From the NCBI GenBank assembly GCA_965644315.1, contig CBFFRQ010000056.1, forward strand, positions 1 to 64,000: DNA of 64,000 bases, in the 5' to 3' direction. The position numbers were made by a program, and so were the translations under genes. The notes under the pieces were generated by a model, which saw only the letters and a program-made list of their open reading frames with translations, did no database searches and was not told the DNA's origin. Numbering within the stretch: the stretch's first letter is position 1; each line of letters opens with the position of its first letter. Shown piece after piece: positions 33,298-45,577 of the stretch. Source of the DNA: Caecitellus pseudoparvulus. Its lineage: Eukaryota > Protista > Bigyra: Bicosoecida.

Positions 33298-34167
33298 TCA
33301 CCCTGACGCACTCAGGGTCTGCACGTACGCCTGTGCCTTCTCCATGTCGGCCAGGAAATCATAGAACTGGGGCAGAGTCAGCTCCACCACCACCGTGCTG
33401 TGCGTGCCGCCGCCCACGTCCAGCACCAGGGACAGCTGCACTGCGGGGCTGCCGATGCGGTCCACTTCTGAGGAGCTCGCGCTGACGATGAACTTCCACT
33501 GCATGTCCACCAGCTCGTTCATGAGGAAGGTGCCAGCTGAAGCCACTTCGGTCAGGGACGCGGCAGTCACGCCCCAAGCACTGCCGACTCGCTTGGCGTG
33601 TGCAGCGGACAATCCTGCGCGCGGAAAAGTGCGTGTGCACTGCGCAGCCAGCGAGGTGCAGCAAGCGCTGACGTACCCATGAGTTGGAGCTCTTGCACGA
33701 GGCGTTCCTTGCCTACACTGTGCCGCACGGCACCTCGCAGAATCACCAGCAGTCCTCGCGCAGCTCCCTGCGCCAGAGGACAGAGTCGTGCACGGGTGAA
33801 GGGGGGCACTGAGCCGCGCAGCCGCTAATATCAGCGTACCTTTACTTGCTGTGGAGGCAGACCGTGTGAACGCGCCAGCTCCTCTGCATCCCCTGCGACG
33901 TCGTGCGCCTGCACGGGCACAGCTCGGGGAACCAGTGGTGCACTGCACTTGGCCTGGCGTGCTCGGCGCAGGACTCACCTGCGGGCTCTGCAGGAAGCTC
34001 ACGACTGACGACACCAACGCCTTTGTCTGTTCATCGTTCAGCTTGTTGAAGCTCGTGATGTCCGTGGCCAGCCGGGCGTCGACATGGGAGGCGCTGCCAA
34101 GGCAGGCAAAGGTGTGAGCTGCTCCGCCTGCCGCCGCTGCACCCTCGGGTGCCGACCCACTGTCCAT
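33298..34167 (-). CDS. COMMD7: COMM domain protein 7-like, 4 exons
   Basis: C-terminal COMM domain 'ELVDMQWKFIVSASSSEVDRIGSPAVQLSL...ELTLPQFYDFLADMEK'; three GT-AG introns give a coherent helical N-terminus. Confidence 0.85.
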   Translation of the reverse strand: MDSGSAPEGAAAAGGAAHTFACLGSASHVDARLATDITSFNKLNDEQTKALVSSVVSFLQSPQVSPAPSTPGQVQCTTGSPSCARAGARRRRGCRGAGAFTRSASTASKGTLILAAARLSAPLHPCTTLSSGAGSCARTAGDSARCRAAQCRQGTPRARAPTHGYVSACCTSLAAQCTRTFPRAGLSAAHAKRVGSAWGVTAASLTEVASAGTFLMNELVDMQWKFIVSASSSEVDRIGSPAVQLSLVLDVGGGTHSTVVVELTLPQFYDFLADMEKAQAYVQTLSASG

Positions 34168-34369
34168 GCTATCTCACAACACACCGCCAGTGCAATCTAC
34201 AAGTATCTGTGCTGAGTGGATGGTAAGGATGAGACGAACGTGTGCAGCTTCGGTTTTGTTGCAAGTATTTTCTCCATCAAATTCCATCCTCTCCCTGAGT
34301 GCTGAGGCCAGGCCCGTAGTCTCAACGTAGAGCACCTGAGCACACCAAGAGGCGCTTCCAACAGGCAGT

Positions 34370-35509
34370 ATGGGGTCGTGTTCCAGTACAGATGCTTCCA
34401 GCCGGTACGCTGCTCCTGATGACGTGGGCAGTGCACAAGTTGAGGCGGGTGCTGCGAGCCAATTTCCGCAGGCCGCCCCACTGCACGCCGGACCCATTCT
34501 GTGTGTCTCTCACTGGGGCGAGGACGCTGTCGTGTCTGGTGGAGACGATGGAGTAGTCATGCAGTGGCACAGCCAGAGCAAGGACTCGCCGCCGGCCCAA
34601 CTCGCAGTAGCGTCCAAACCCATCTGCTCTGTCGCTTCGACGGATGCTGGAGTTGTCATGTACGGCACCCGGGACGGGCAAGTGCACCTTGCTGGGGTGG
34701 ACAGCGCTCCATCCCTCCACAGCCACTCGCTATCCGCGACTGCTGTGGGCTTCGCGGCAGGGGGGCAGCTGGCGCTGTCTGGCTCTCGAGACGGCACCGT
34801 GGCAGTGCACGATGTGCAGTCTGGCGCACGGACAGCGGAGATGTCAGCGCCGCGCAACCTGGTGACCTGCGCAGAGTGGCTGCCCGCAGGGTCTTGCAGT
34901 GCTTCTGGTGCTGATGTTATCGTGCAAGGCGCTGAGGACTTGAAGGTGCGTGTGTGGGACGTACGGGCAGCGGCGCCAGCGCCGGCCTTGGAGCTGGAGG
35001 GGTATGTGTACTTCCCACTGGACCTGGCGTGTGCTGCCGACGGCGTGCGGGTGCTCACGTGCAGTAAGGGCTTCAACGGGCTGGGCGGCGAGGCACGCTT
35101 GTGGGACCTGCGGGCGCCTGAGGCGCCGGTCACGGGTGACGGCGCGGCAGAGCAAGCCCCCGCATCCACCCCCCTTGCAGCCTCCCAGCAGTGGAGTGAG
35201 CCTTGCCATGAAGGTGACGCTGCTGCTTGTACATGGTTGTCGCCTGCAACTTGCGCCTCTGCGGGGCATGCGTCTCAGGACCTCTTCGCAACTGCCGGCA
35301 AGGATGGCGTGCTAGCGGTGAGGGATGCTGCGAACCCCAGTAGTGTCCTCGCCACCTTCACTCGCAAGGGTCCAGGAGGGTGGATGGGGCTGCATGCCAA
35401 CGAGCAAGGCCTTGTAGCAGGGCACTTTGACGGCAGTGCAGTGTGTTTGCGCTTCGATGGTGGTGACTCGCTGAGTGTGCTCGCAGAATCGGCGGCGGCC
35501 CCGGAGTGA
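34370..35509 (+). CDS. WDR31: WD40 protein, WDR31-like (ciliary), with N-terminal acylation motif
   Basis: 'SGSRDGTV', 'PRNLVTCAEWLP', 'QGAEDLKVRVWDVR' and 'TCSKGFNGLGGEARLWDLR' match recalled WDR31 motifs; starts MGSCSS. Confidence 0.8.
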   Translation: MGSCSSTDASSRYAAPDDVGSAQVEAGAASQFPQAAPLHAGPILCVSHWGEDAVVSGGDDGVVMQWHSQSKDSPPAQLAVASKPICSVASTDAGVVMYGTRDGQVHLAGVDSAPSLHSHSLSATAVGFAAGGQLALSGSRDGTVAVHDVQSGARTAEMSAPRNLVTCAEWLPAGSCSASGADVIVQGAEDLKVRVWDVRAAAPAPALELEGYVYFPLDLACAADGVRVLTCSKGFNGLGGEARLWDLRAPEAPVTGDGAAEQAPASTPLAASQQWSEPCHEGDAAACTWLSPATCASAGHASQDLFATAGKDGVLAVRDAANPSSVLATFTRKGPGGWMGLHANEQGLVAGHFDGSAVCLRFDGGDSLSVLAESAAAPE

Positions 35510-35668
35510 AGCGGCGAGATGCCTTGTAAAGCCCCAGCACTGGCAAAGGCATGCTGCAATGAGGGCAAGACGGTATGAGCCGATGCATCAGCTCCTAGTC
35601 TGCATTCTGACCAAGGCAGGACCCCCTTCCCCCCCTTGATGTGGTGCAAGGCAGCGTTTCAGAGGAGC

Positions 35669-36903
35669 TCACGTGGCAGCCTGATCACCCTCGGCACTCT
35701 GGGTCTGTAATGCAGCTGCCTTGGTCGCGAAAGTCAAATATGCAGTGTGCCCACGCATGTACTTCATGGGCATGATAGTGGTGCTGCTCGGCCCGCCGTC
35801 CAGCGCGTGCACGAGGGACTTGCGCGCCACCCGCTCAGACCCCTGCAACGCAGCTGTGTCGGCAGCCAGCCGCTTCACTTCCGCGTCAGTGTCCGCCACC
35901 GTGTTGTCAGCCCGCCTGCGCTTCTTACCGCGCTTGCCTGCGGCCTCTGCCTTGGCCCGAGCAGCCTGAGCTGGGGGCAGGGTGGTCACCGCCTCGCCTG
36001 CCAGGGCTGCTTCAAGCGGCGCCGGTGCGACCTGGGAGCCGACGACCTGCCACGGGCGCACGAGCACTTCCATGGTGCAGATGCTGTCGAAGCCTGCTGC
36101 CTGCATGGCGGCGATGGCGCGGTGCACTTGTTCCACGCAGGGTGAGAAAGAACACAGCCGGCCGCCTGTGCCCAGCACCCGCCCAGCGTGGCCCATGGCG
36201 TCCCACGGAGCTGGCAAGTCGAGGAACACCGCGTCGGCGCCAGCGTCGCCCACAGTGGGGAATCCCTCAGCCAGTGCGTCCCCGTGCCGCACCGTCACGA
36301 CTGCGCCCAGACCGTTCTTCACCATGTCGCTCGCTGCGGCGGTGGCCCGGGCGGCATTGTACTCAAACGAGTGCACGTGGCCAGTGGGCGCCACGGCACG
36401 TGCCAGGGACACGGTCAGTGAACCGGATCCTGTCCCACTCTCCACCACCACCTTGCCAGGCGCCAGGTCCAGCTGCATGAGCACCATGCCGATGTCGGCA
36501 TGGTACAGAACTTGTGTGCGCTTGGGAATGGTCATGGTGTACAGCTCTGCCGTGCATGGCAGCAGGTATGCCCACTTCTTGTGGTCCCTGGAAGTCACCT
36601 GCAGTGTGCGGCAGGTGCCAAGTGCACGCGGCACAGCTCTGCTTGCATGCGGAAATTGCGCCATACCTTGATGCCCCACGGGCGCCCAATGAGGTCGTTG
36701 TGATGAAAGGTTCCAAAACGTGTGCCACTTGTCTCGCCCACCTTCAAATACACTCGGTCCATGCGGTCAAACGTCTGATACAGCACGGCCACGTCGTTCA
36801 CCTGCGCCTTCCATCCTGGCGCAAGCAGGCGTCCAGTTCCTGCGCTGGACTGGGTCTCCACCACAGGCGCACCCGCGCCAGCGTCTGCAGTTGCTGCTGC
36901 CAT
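35669..36903 (-). CDS. TRMT61A: tRNA (adenine58-N1)-methyltransferase catalytic subunit
   Basis: Intron 36666..36599. Motifs FGTFHHNDLIG, RTQVLY, VVESGTGSGSL, AVFLDLPAPW, FSPCVEQV, GHTAYLTFA. Confidence 0.93.
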
Positions 36904-37335
36904 ACTTCCACAAAGGCGGTACACATGCAGCTGGATTGCACTGCATGCTCGAGCATTGGGGTTGCATGAGAGGGGCATTCTTGCCACAGCCACGGATTGT
37001 ACTGTGTGAATTTGCTCGCCCAGACAAGCCGGCGGGAAGAAACTCTCACACCCACTGCAGGCCGTGTTAAGGCTCGCAGAGGCGAAACATTGCAGTTGTG
37101 GCAGCTACGGGAAGTGAAGTTGCCTGGAATGGCTGCAGAGCAGGAGCCTGTACCACGCCACGCACGCTGCTTGCTCGGTCCACTTCCAGCCAGAGCGTGC
37201 CACGATGTGCAGCGGGGGTGGCCCCGCTTCCAAGAACACCAGACCCTTCACACACGCAGCGCGCCGTTTTTCTCCTCTTCAAGTCGCTCGCTAGCCTGCT
37301 GCCCTATCCAAGCCTCCATTCCACACCTCCACGCT

Positions 37336-38122
37336 TCATGTGGAAGTGCCAGAGGTGGCACTGGCCCCTGCAGACTTGGCACTGGCCCCCGCGGCCTTGG
37401 TCTGAGACTTCTTCCCCACAGCCTTGCGCCGCAGCGCAGCAGGGACAAACATGCCGCCCAGCACCTTCTTCCGGCTCACTCCTGGTGCCCGCTCGCTGGC
37501 ACGCTGCGCCGCCTTCTCCGTGGCCTTGGCTTGTGCAGCCTTGGCCTTGGTGTCGGCCCAGCGCTTGGACATGCGCTCAAAGCGCGTCACTGCCATGGGA
37601 CGGCCCAGCACCCGTGTGCCGTCCTTGGTCAGTGCGGCTTGCTCCAGCTCCGCCGCGGCCTGCCCCTTGCCAGGCTTGAATGACACCGTCCCGAAGCCCT
37701 TCAGCTTGCCGTCGTCACCCTTCTGCAGTCGCACCTGGTGCACTGGACCCACGCTTTCAAACACAGCCCGCACATCGCTGTCGCTTGCAGAGTAGGGCAG
37801 GTTGTTCACAAACACCAGCACGAGCTCACGACTGTCCACACCACCGGACTTAGCCAGAGCCTCAGGGGGGGGGGCTTCCACGACAGCAGCCTTCTTCTCC
37901 TCATCTGGCTTGTCCTGGGGCCTGGCCCGCTTGGCTGCTGGCTCGGAAGCCCCGCCTTCGACCGCATTTGGCGCGGGTGGGGCTGCTGCGGCAGAGGGTG
38001 TGCCACCCGCAGCACTTGGGTCAGTTGGCGCACTGTCAGCTCGACTCACCTTGCTGCTCGCCTCTGCCTTGGCGCGAGGTCGCTTGGAGCCGCGAGCAGC
38101 CGCCTTGTGCCGTCGGCCCCCT

Positions 38123-38158
<36 letters not shown>

Positions 38159-39974
38159 TTGGCAGATGCAGCCTCTCGGCGTGTCTCCAGAATACCCTGC
38201 GTCTCCCACGCCGCACAGGCGTCCCCACCGCACGCCTCCAGCGTCTGCCACTGCTGGGCCAGCCACAGCGTGGCGGAGGGGTCGCCCGTGAGGAAGTGCA
38301 GGGCTGACTTGAGCCAGCCGCGGGCTGTGTCGGGGTGCCCACACGCCACGGCACACGACGCCGCCGCCAGAGCCAGGGCGGCATCCTTGGGACTGCCCTG
38401 CAGCAGCTCCTGCCACACCTGGCACCCCGCGTCCCAGTCACCCAGGGCCCTGCACAGCACCGTGGCCCGCTCCTGCTGCAGCGCTGCGACGTCACCCCCC
38501 CCTGACGCCCCTCGGCGGGCCAAGTGCACAGCCTGGCGGTATGCCTTGGTGGCTGCCTGCTTCGCCCGCGCGACGACGCCCTGGTCCTGGCACGACACCG
38601 CCAGACGCGCCCACACTGCACCACTGGTGGCGTGCAAGGACGCTGCCGCTCCATGGGGCTGCAGGTGCAGGGGCGCGGCTTCACGACACATGCCCCACGC
38701 CACCTCTGCCGCTACCAGTGCTGCCGGCGCCGCCGTGTCGCCTTGCGGCACGCCAGGCAGAGGGCGGAAGGGATGCACCCACGGCTGCACGCCCTTGGCG
38801 GCAGCCCACTCCACGGCGGTCATGGCCTGCCGCCACATGGGCCCATGCCACGGCAGGTTGCGCACTGAGCGCTGGAAGGCGTGCACCAGGCCCTCCACGG
38901 CCGCAGAGTCACCCGCTACCGCCGCCTTGCGGCTGCCTTGCACGAGGCGGTGCCAGAGAGGCACATGCCAGTAGCACTGCCGCACAGCTGCGCTGGCTGC
39001 GGCGAGGGCGTGCAGACCCCCCCCTTTACCCCCTTTGCTCAGGCGGTCCACACGCGCCTCCCACGCAGCGACGAGGGCACCCTGTGCTTCAGCCGACCCG
39101 GCGTCCTCTGCCAGCGCGGTGCCAGCGTCCACGATGCGGCACCACTCATCTGCCTGCTCGGCCCAGGACACCGCCGCTGCTGTGGCGGCAGCCTCTACCT
39201 GCTCCTTCCACTCAGCTGGCGGCGGCACTGCCGTGACGAAGTCCATGGCCAGGGTGGAGCTCAGCACACTCAGCGCCTCAGTCAGTCGGGGCGAGGGGAT
39301 GCTGAGCCATGTGGCCAGGGCGGTGTACAGGGCGTTGGTGGCCAGGGGCAGCTCGCGGGCCACTTGAGCCAGAGCGGCGCCAGCGTCAGGGCCGGCCTTG
39401 GCTTCCACCTGCTGCATGCAGTCCAGCGCATCTGCTGCTTCCCCGCTCAGCCACTCGACGAAGGACTTCCACAGGGGGAATGCGAGGGGCTCCCTGCCCA
39501 CTGGCCCGCGCAGGGCGCGCTCGTACAGAGCCTTCACGTCCACCTCCTCCACGCCGTCCTGCTCGTCCAACACTGCGTCGACGCCTTCGATGTAGGCCTG
39601 CCAAACGGACGGCGCGGGACAGTCGCGCACTGCTGCCTCGCCCACATTCTGCAGAACTTTGAACGCTTCAGGCGCACGCTCCGGACCTGCTGCAGCTGCG
39701 GATTTTGACGCATCTGCCAGCCAAGCCAGCCACTCCTCTGCGAACAGCCACAGACACAGAATGCGAGTGCCCATCGCACGACAGCTCATGCAACCCCACA
39801 CTCACCCTCTGGAACTGCGAGCCTGGAACAGAACTCCTCCCGTGCTGCCTGGAGGGCTGCTGCATCGCCACTGGCCCTGAGCCCAGCAAGCAGTTGCGAG
39901 TGGGCTGCAAAGTCATACGCATTGCCGCGTAGGGCCAGGCGAGCGCCAGCTACGACCTCGCCTGCACTGGCCAT
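37336..39974 (-). CDS. SART3: SART3/Prp24-like U4/U6 recycling factor (HAT repeats + RRM)
   Basis: Exon 1 'NAYDFAAHSQLL' joins through intron 39805..39738 to 'EEWLAWLAD'. HAT-like repeats, RRM (VFVNNLP, KGFGTVSF) and C-terminal 'MFVPAALRR'. Confidence 0.8.
38123..38155. repeat. (GCC)11 microsatellite encoding poly-Ala in SART3
   Basis: Directly visible in the sequence. Confidence 0.9.
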
Positions 39975-40291
39975 GTCGCCAAGCGTTATCTTGGAGATGT
40001 GCGGACCCCTCGCGGCAGCAACGGCTGTGAAGGGGACGAGCTAAGCCCGTGCGACTCTCAGCCGAACGTCTGCTCAATGAAACTGCGCCTGGAATGCGCA
40101 CAGATGAGCAAGCAATGAATGTTGTGTTGTGCAGCAGTGCGCCCAACGGGCAAGGTCCTTCTGGTCTGTGGGTGGAGGGGGTGAGCCGCTCCCAAACCGC
40201 AAACACGGCCCGGCAAATTCGCAAGTTCACAGCATTTGCGCGCCAAGGCCCCTGCGCGGCCTGTTTTCACTATGTGCTAACAGCTGACGTC

Positions 40292-42106
40292 ATGGCCGCG
40301 GCCTCGACGGGCGGGAGCCGGGCACACTTGACTGTCATCCGTGTCAAACGTCGGCGAGGGGAGGACAGCTCAGACACGCTGTGGGTGGACCCGGATGACC
40401 ACCATGCCGCAAAGCGTGCAGGCATAGACGGTGATGGGCCTGCTGGAGGCACTGGAGCCCCCATCGCCTTCCGCCGCGTGGAGACGATGGATGCAGCTGC
40501 GGAGTTTGACCCCGCGGAATTTGGACAGCGCCTCACGTCCTCTTTGCACGCAGCGAGGAAGGCGGGCGTGCAGTGGCAGGGCTCCAAGCGGGACCTGAAG
40601 CCATCTGACATGTTGCAGAACATGCGTCGAGGCGTGGCGAGGAAGGTCACCAAGCAGGCGGCGGCACGCAGGCGCCGAGCAGCAAGTGCGCGTCGCAGCG
40701 CGGTGGTGCAGGTGCTGGAGGTGGACGAGGCAGGGAAGGTGGTGGGGCACGTGCCTGGCGGGCAGAAGTACCCCCTCAGCAAGCCCTTCCTCGTGGCCTC
40801 CACGCGCATCTTGACTCCCCTTGAGCGGGAGGCTGACGCTGCAGTGTTCACGGCGGCTCAGGGCAACTTCCACCCCCTCGTGGCTCTGCTGGCTCGCAAG
40901 CCCGCCCAGGTGAACTTCCAGCGCCCCCTCAGCGACGGCAGCACGGGCCTCATGGCCGCTGCCTGCCACGGCGACCTGGACATGGTCAAGTGGTTGCTGG
41001 CAGCAGGCGGCGACGTGATGCTGTCCGACTCACTCGGACGCCGGGCCCTGCACTACGCAGCCGATGCTCAGCACGCGGAGGTGGAGGCCCTCCTGCTGCG
41101 CGAGGAGGTGGCCCGTGCGGCGGAGTTGGGGCCCGTGGCAGATGGTGGGTTCGAGTACGACGTGTTCGTGTCCAGCAGCGTGCTGGGGGGGGGAGCGACT
41201 GGGCAGTCTGCCCCCGAGCCAGCCGCGGGTGGAGACGCCGCCGGCCGCCGTGTGGCGGTGTCACGCAGCATGCTGGGGCGGTGGGACGCAGAAGAGGACG
41301 GGGGCGATGTCGCAGACAGCGAGGCGTCGCTGTCCTTCGCCCAGTGGCTTGAAGCTGTGCAGCGTGAGGAGGAGGCATTTGAGGCGGGTCTGGCTGGGGC
41401 GGTGGATGAGGGGCTGACCAGTGACAGCGAAGAGGAGGGGCAGGACTACCCTGAAGACGACGCTGGGGAGGCCTTTGACGGGTCGGTTGCCGGCACGGCC
41501 CACGATGGCGGGTACGGGTACGGCGTGGATGTGGTGGAGGGGGATTGGGGCGACGCCGACTCGGGGTACGCCCACGACAGTGAGGGTGGGGACACCCCCT
41601 CTCCCGAGCAGGACATGGATGCCTTGGACAGGGAGGATGAGGCGCACCAGGCCCAGCTGCGGTCTGCGCTGGATGCCCTGCCGGGCGAGCTGGAGCAGGC
41701 GCGGGCGGAGCGTGTGCTGGGGGCAGTGGAGGCAGGCGTGGGCGGACGCGGGGCGGGGCACGCGGGACTGGCCTCCCCTCCCAGCCACGGTGGTGCCACG
41801 GGTATCCACATGCCAGGGCGGCTGAGCCACTCCCAGTTCCAGTCGTGGGTCGTGGACGGCTCGCGTGCAGGCGCCGCTGGGCTGCTGGCGCCCGGCGGCG
41901 CCGCACGGGCCATGGATGCCAATGCGGGGTATGTGCAGGTGGACGAGGACGAAGCGCCTGCCCCTGGCTCAGCCTTGTCGGGTGGGTACGCCCCATCAGT
42001 GCAGGGCCCAGGCAGTCTGCCGCCTGGCGTGGCAGCTCAGCTTCGCCTCGCTGGGCTGGGCCCGCTGCCTGCAGCTGGCGGCAGCGCCACTGGGCAAGCC
42101 CTGTGA
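40292..42106 (+). CDS. Iwr1/SLC7A6OS-like RNA polymerase import factor with internal ankyrin repeats
   Basis: N-terminal 'VIRVKRRRGED..DTL' and 'FRRVET'; ankyrin 'GSTGLMAAACHGDLDMVKWLL...GRRALHYA'; then 'FEYDVF' and acidic 'DSEEEGQDYPEDD'. Confidence 0.7.
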   Translation: MAAASTGGSRAHLTVIRVKRRRGEDSSDTLWVDPDDHHAAKRAGIDGDGPAGGTGAPIAFRRVETMDAAAEFDPAEFGQRLTSSLHAARKAGVQWQGSKRDLKPSDMLQNMRRGVARKVTKQAAARRRRAASARRSAVVQVLEVDEAGKVVGHVPGGQKYPLSKPFLVASTRILTPLEREADAAVFTAAQGNFHPLVALLARKPAQVNFQRPLSDGSTGLMAAACHGDLDMVKWLLAAGGDVMLSDSLGRRALHYAADAQHAEVEALLLREEVARAAELGPVADGGFEYDVFVSSSVLGGGATGQSAPEPAAGGDAAGRRVAVSRSMLGRWDAEEDGGDVADSEASLSFAQWLEAVQREEEAFEAGLAGAVDEGLTSDSEEEGQDYPEDDAGEAFDGSVAGTAHDGGYGYGVDVVEGDWGDADSGYAHDSEGGDTPSPEQDMDALDREDEAHQAQLRSALDALPGELEQARAERVLGAVEAGVGGRGAGHAGLASPPSHGGATGIHMPGRLSHSQFQSWVVDGSRAGAAGLLAPGGAARAMDANAGYVQVDEDEAPAPGSALSGGYAPSVQGPGSLPPGVAAQLRLAGLGPLPAAGGSATGQAL

Positions 42107-42128
42107 CGGCGAAGGAAATGCATGTATT

Positions 42129-44394
42129 CTACTCTGCCTCCACTGCAACGCCTCGGTGGCGCAGCCCGGGCCCCTCGCCTTCCTCGGGCTGTGCGTCAGG
42201 CATGGCTTCCTCCCGGCCCTGGGCATCTGCCTGGTCCTGCGCCGCTTCGTCAGTGGGGGCGGGCTGAGGGAGCGGCTCGGGGTGGCGCCAGTCAGGCCAG
42301 ACAGACAGTACCAGCGCTGCCAACGGCAGTCCTATGTCGTACACGAGCCCTGGGCGGTGCCAAATGCTGGGCTGTGGCGGGGGCACCTCGCCCCCAGCCT
42401 GTGCATCTCCGCCGGGGGCGGGGTCCTGCACCTCCCCTGCACCATCGGGAGCGGCTCCACGGGCTCCGTTGGCAGCCTGGGCCCTGCCACGTGGGCAAAC
42501 GACAGCGCCAAGCCAGGCAATGGCGCCGACGCTCCACAGGTAGTACAGCACGGCAGCGGAGATGGTGGACACCATGCGGTGGGTGTCAGCCCGCTGGCAC
42601 AGCCACACACACATGACGACGAGGCGGAAGATGAGGCCCACCTGCACCACCTCAGTCAGCCACGTCAACCACGTGCGGGGGGGCGGGGGGCCCACTGGTT
42701 GCTCCCCCTCCTCGTCTTCATCTGACCAGTCCGTGTCGCTCGCCTCACCGCCCTCTGCCTCGGGCTCGCGCCCAAGCACAGGCGCGGCGACAGCGGCATC
42801 ATCCGGCGAGCTGCCACGGGTGCCCAGCTGCGCCTGCATCTGCTGCGCTTCCGCATCACGGGATGGAGCCGCCACGCCGCTCACCGGTCCGAGAGGCGTG
42901 GGCGCTGCCCTGCACTGGTCCTCAGGCGACGCGTCTGACTCCGGCGATGAGCTCGCATCGCTTGAGGAGGAGCTGGACCAGGAAGAAGACGACGACGCAG
43001 AGTGTGATTGGGACTTCCTGTGGCGTCGCTTGGACTTGCGCCTGGACAGGCGGCGCTGGCTGTGCTGCCGCGGAAAGGGTGGCTGCAGAGCATATGGGTG
43101 CAGGGGGAAGGGCATGGGCTGCGGGGCGCCGTACAAAGCAGGGAAGGGGGAGTGCACCATTTGGCTGTGCAGGCCCTGCGGGCCATGTGGGGGGCCAGGC
43201 ATGGGCCCAGGCACCACCGGCGTGCTTGGCGTCGACAGCTGTGCTCGCAGCTCGTCGATCTGCTGCGTGAGCTGGTGCAGTCGCTGGTCCAGGGAGCCAG
43301 GTGCAGTGGCGTCTGCGCTGGCCACGGAGGCTGGGGCAGCTGTCGGTGCAGGGGGAGGACTAGCTGACAGCTGTTGGTGGGGGGTGCCCCCTTCCCCCAG
43401 GGCAGGGGGCGGTAGAGAGGCCACTGGGAGCGGTGGCACGGGCCGGGCAGGCAGCCGGGGGCTCGCCCCCCAGGCTGGTGTGTGGGGCGACAGGTACGGA
43501 GAGGGCATGACGCTCCACGGTGGGGAGTGCAGCATGGCGCCAGGGTATGCAAGGGGCGTGCCAGGGTACGCTCCGTGCCGATGGGAGCGCCGCCCTCGCC
43601 TCGCACCCCGAGGCCGCTCCTCTTCGCTGGAGGAGTCAGAGCTGGAGGAGGAAGTCGCGGAGGACGATGACGCCTGCTCGCTCTGCCGTGCGTGCTCCTG
43701 GCTGGGTGCAGGTTCAGGCGCTGCCGGGGTGCTGGCATCCGTTGCAGGCTTGCTGGGGCCAGTGGCCTGCTCTGGAGCGGGCGGCACTTGACTCCCACTG
43801 GAAGCAGGGGAGGACTCTGCAGTGGGCGGTGTACTTGCCTTCACTGCCGTGGTTGCATCCTGCGCCGTTGGAGGGCCGCTGGCCGCCTGGTCGCCCGCTG
43901 CTGGGCCAGCTGGCGAGTGACTTGGCACAACGCAAGAATCGTACGGAGTGCCTGAGCGCAGGACAGCATGGGGCTGCCCTGCCGGGAACAACTCTGCCAG
44001 GCGCTTCGTGCGAGCTTCTTTCGTGATGCCGGTGATCATGTGCAGAGTGAGCAGGTGAGGGGGGGGCTGCGCAGCAGGAGCAGCGAAGGCGGCGTGGTGG
44101 GGACACGTGCTGTGCCTGCGATTTGCGCGGTCGCGAGGAGGGCGCCTGGCCTCGCAGGTAGTCGTCACGCACGGCAGCTGCATCGATGAAGGCTGACAGA
44201 GTCTGGTTCCGGTCGGTGATGATGCGCCCAGCCCTGATCAGCCGCAAGGACGCCGGGTCTGGCTGCAGCACATGCACGTGGTGTAGAATGGCGCACACTT
44301 CTTCCACAGTCGACGTGGCCTGCAGGCGGAGCCTGACGTTGCCTTGCAGGTAGGGGTCCATGCAGACCACGTCCACTGTCTTGTCTGCAGCCAT
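42129..44394 (-). CDS. HERP/Usa1-like ER membrane protein with N-terminal ubiquitin-like domain
   Basis: Intron 44172..44067. UBL 'PDPASLRLIRAGRII', long Pro/Ser-rich linker, C-terminal hydrophobic hairpin 'LIFRLVVMCVWL...LYYLWSVG' and 'ALVLSVWPDW'. Confidence 0.7.
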
Positions 44395-45054
44395 GCCTGG
44401 TCAGCAGGCAAGCCTAGCCTTGTGGCGGACGGCTCGAGAGCAGGCTGAGGAGCGAAACTCCGCGAAACGCCAGGCGGGAAGGCGCTGTGGTGCAGCCCCA
44501 GCCGAAGCTACGCAGCCCAAGGCAGAGCAAGTGCACGAGATGTGGCCATGCCATTCATTTTTACATCAACCACTGATATTGTAAACCTGCCGGACTCGGC
44601 GCAGCTCGGCACCATGTGCGCCCTGGCACGGGCCTTTCGCTGCGATGCCCAGGCGCAGGCACGTGGTCGTGCCAGCCATATCCAAACGCCCCAAAGACAC
44701 CAGAGGGGCTGCAGCGTCCTGTTCCCTTTTTCGCGTCCCCTGCTTGATTCAGTGCCAGCTTGACACGCCCACACTGAGCCCCAGCAACAGTGCCCTCGCC
44801 AAGGCTGCAGCAGCAGTGAAACGCCCGCCAGCCACCTGCGGCTGCGAAGGCTGGAACGGGGGAAGCTGCCGGTGTTTCGGCGTGAGTTTGAGAGTCCCAG
44901 TGCATACGCTGATGCAGGCCTGTGCTGGGCTCTGAGTGCAGCCAGTGGCGCTTGCCGCATGGCACCACGTGGGCGATCCTGGCCAGCTGCGACACGATGC
45001 CTCCAGCGTGCCGGGCACGCCGCACACGCCTCGTGGCCGCCTCCCCACAGCGCC

Positions 45055-45528
45055 ATGTCAGTGACTCTGCTGCTGAAGTTTGCGAACTATGACAGTGGCT
45101 CCCGCTCAGAGGTCGAGGTGCCGCTGTCCATGACAGTGCGGGAGCTGAAGACCATGTTGATGGAGGAGCACTGGCCTGCGCAGGGTGAGGAAGGCCGGTG
45201 GCTTGCCTGGCGCACGGCCCGCCGTGCCACTGCCCTCTGCGCCCCCCTGCACTGCAGGCGTCACCCCTGTCCGCACCATTGACGACTTTCGCCTCATCTG
45301 CCAGGGCAAGCTGCTGTCAGATGGCTCCAAGACTCTGGAAGGTGAGCCAGGGCGCCCGCGCCTTCAGCAAGCTCTGACTGGCGCACGCCCCGTCCCCCCC
45401 TCCCCGCAGCGTCTGGGGTGCCTCGGCTCTCCTTCGCCACGCCCTTGCACATCGCCGTGTCGCCCAGTGCCATCGCCGTCGCAGCTGGCAAGCCTGACCC
45501 CGACGCGGGGTGCTGCGCCATCCAGTAG
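45055..45528 (+). CDS. UBL3: Membrane-anchored ubiquitin-fold protein (MUB/UBL3), 3 exons
   Basis: Introns 45185..45257 and 45342..45409. 'TVRELK..HWP', 'FRLICQGKLL', 'TPLHI'; ends GCCAIQ* (CaaX). Confidence 0.85.
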
Positions 45529-45577
45529 TGGCGGTCTGCATTGCAGCCCCCCCTCCACCCTCCACCCAGCTGCGCGC

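Noticed and set aside
33298-34167. COMMD7 as a single 289-aa unspliced ORF
   Set aside because: The frame stays open by chance; three canonical introns give a more typical COMMD sequence and length.
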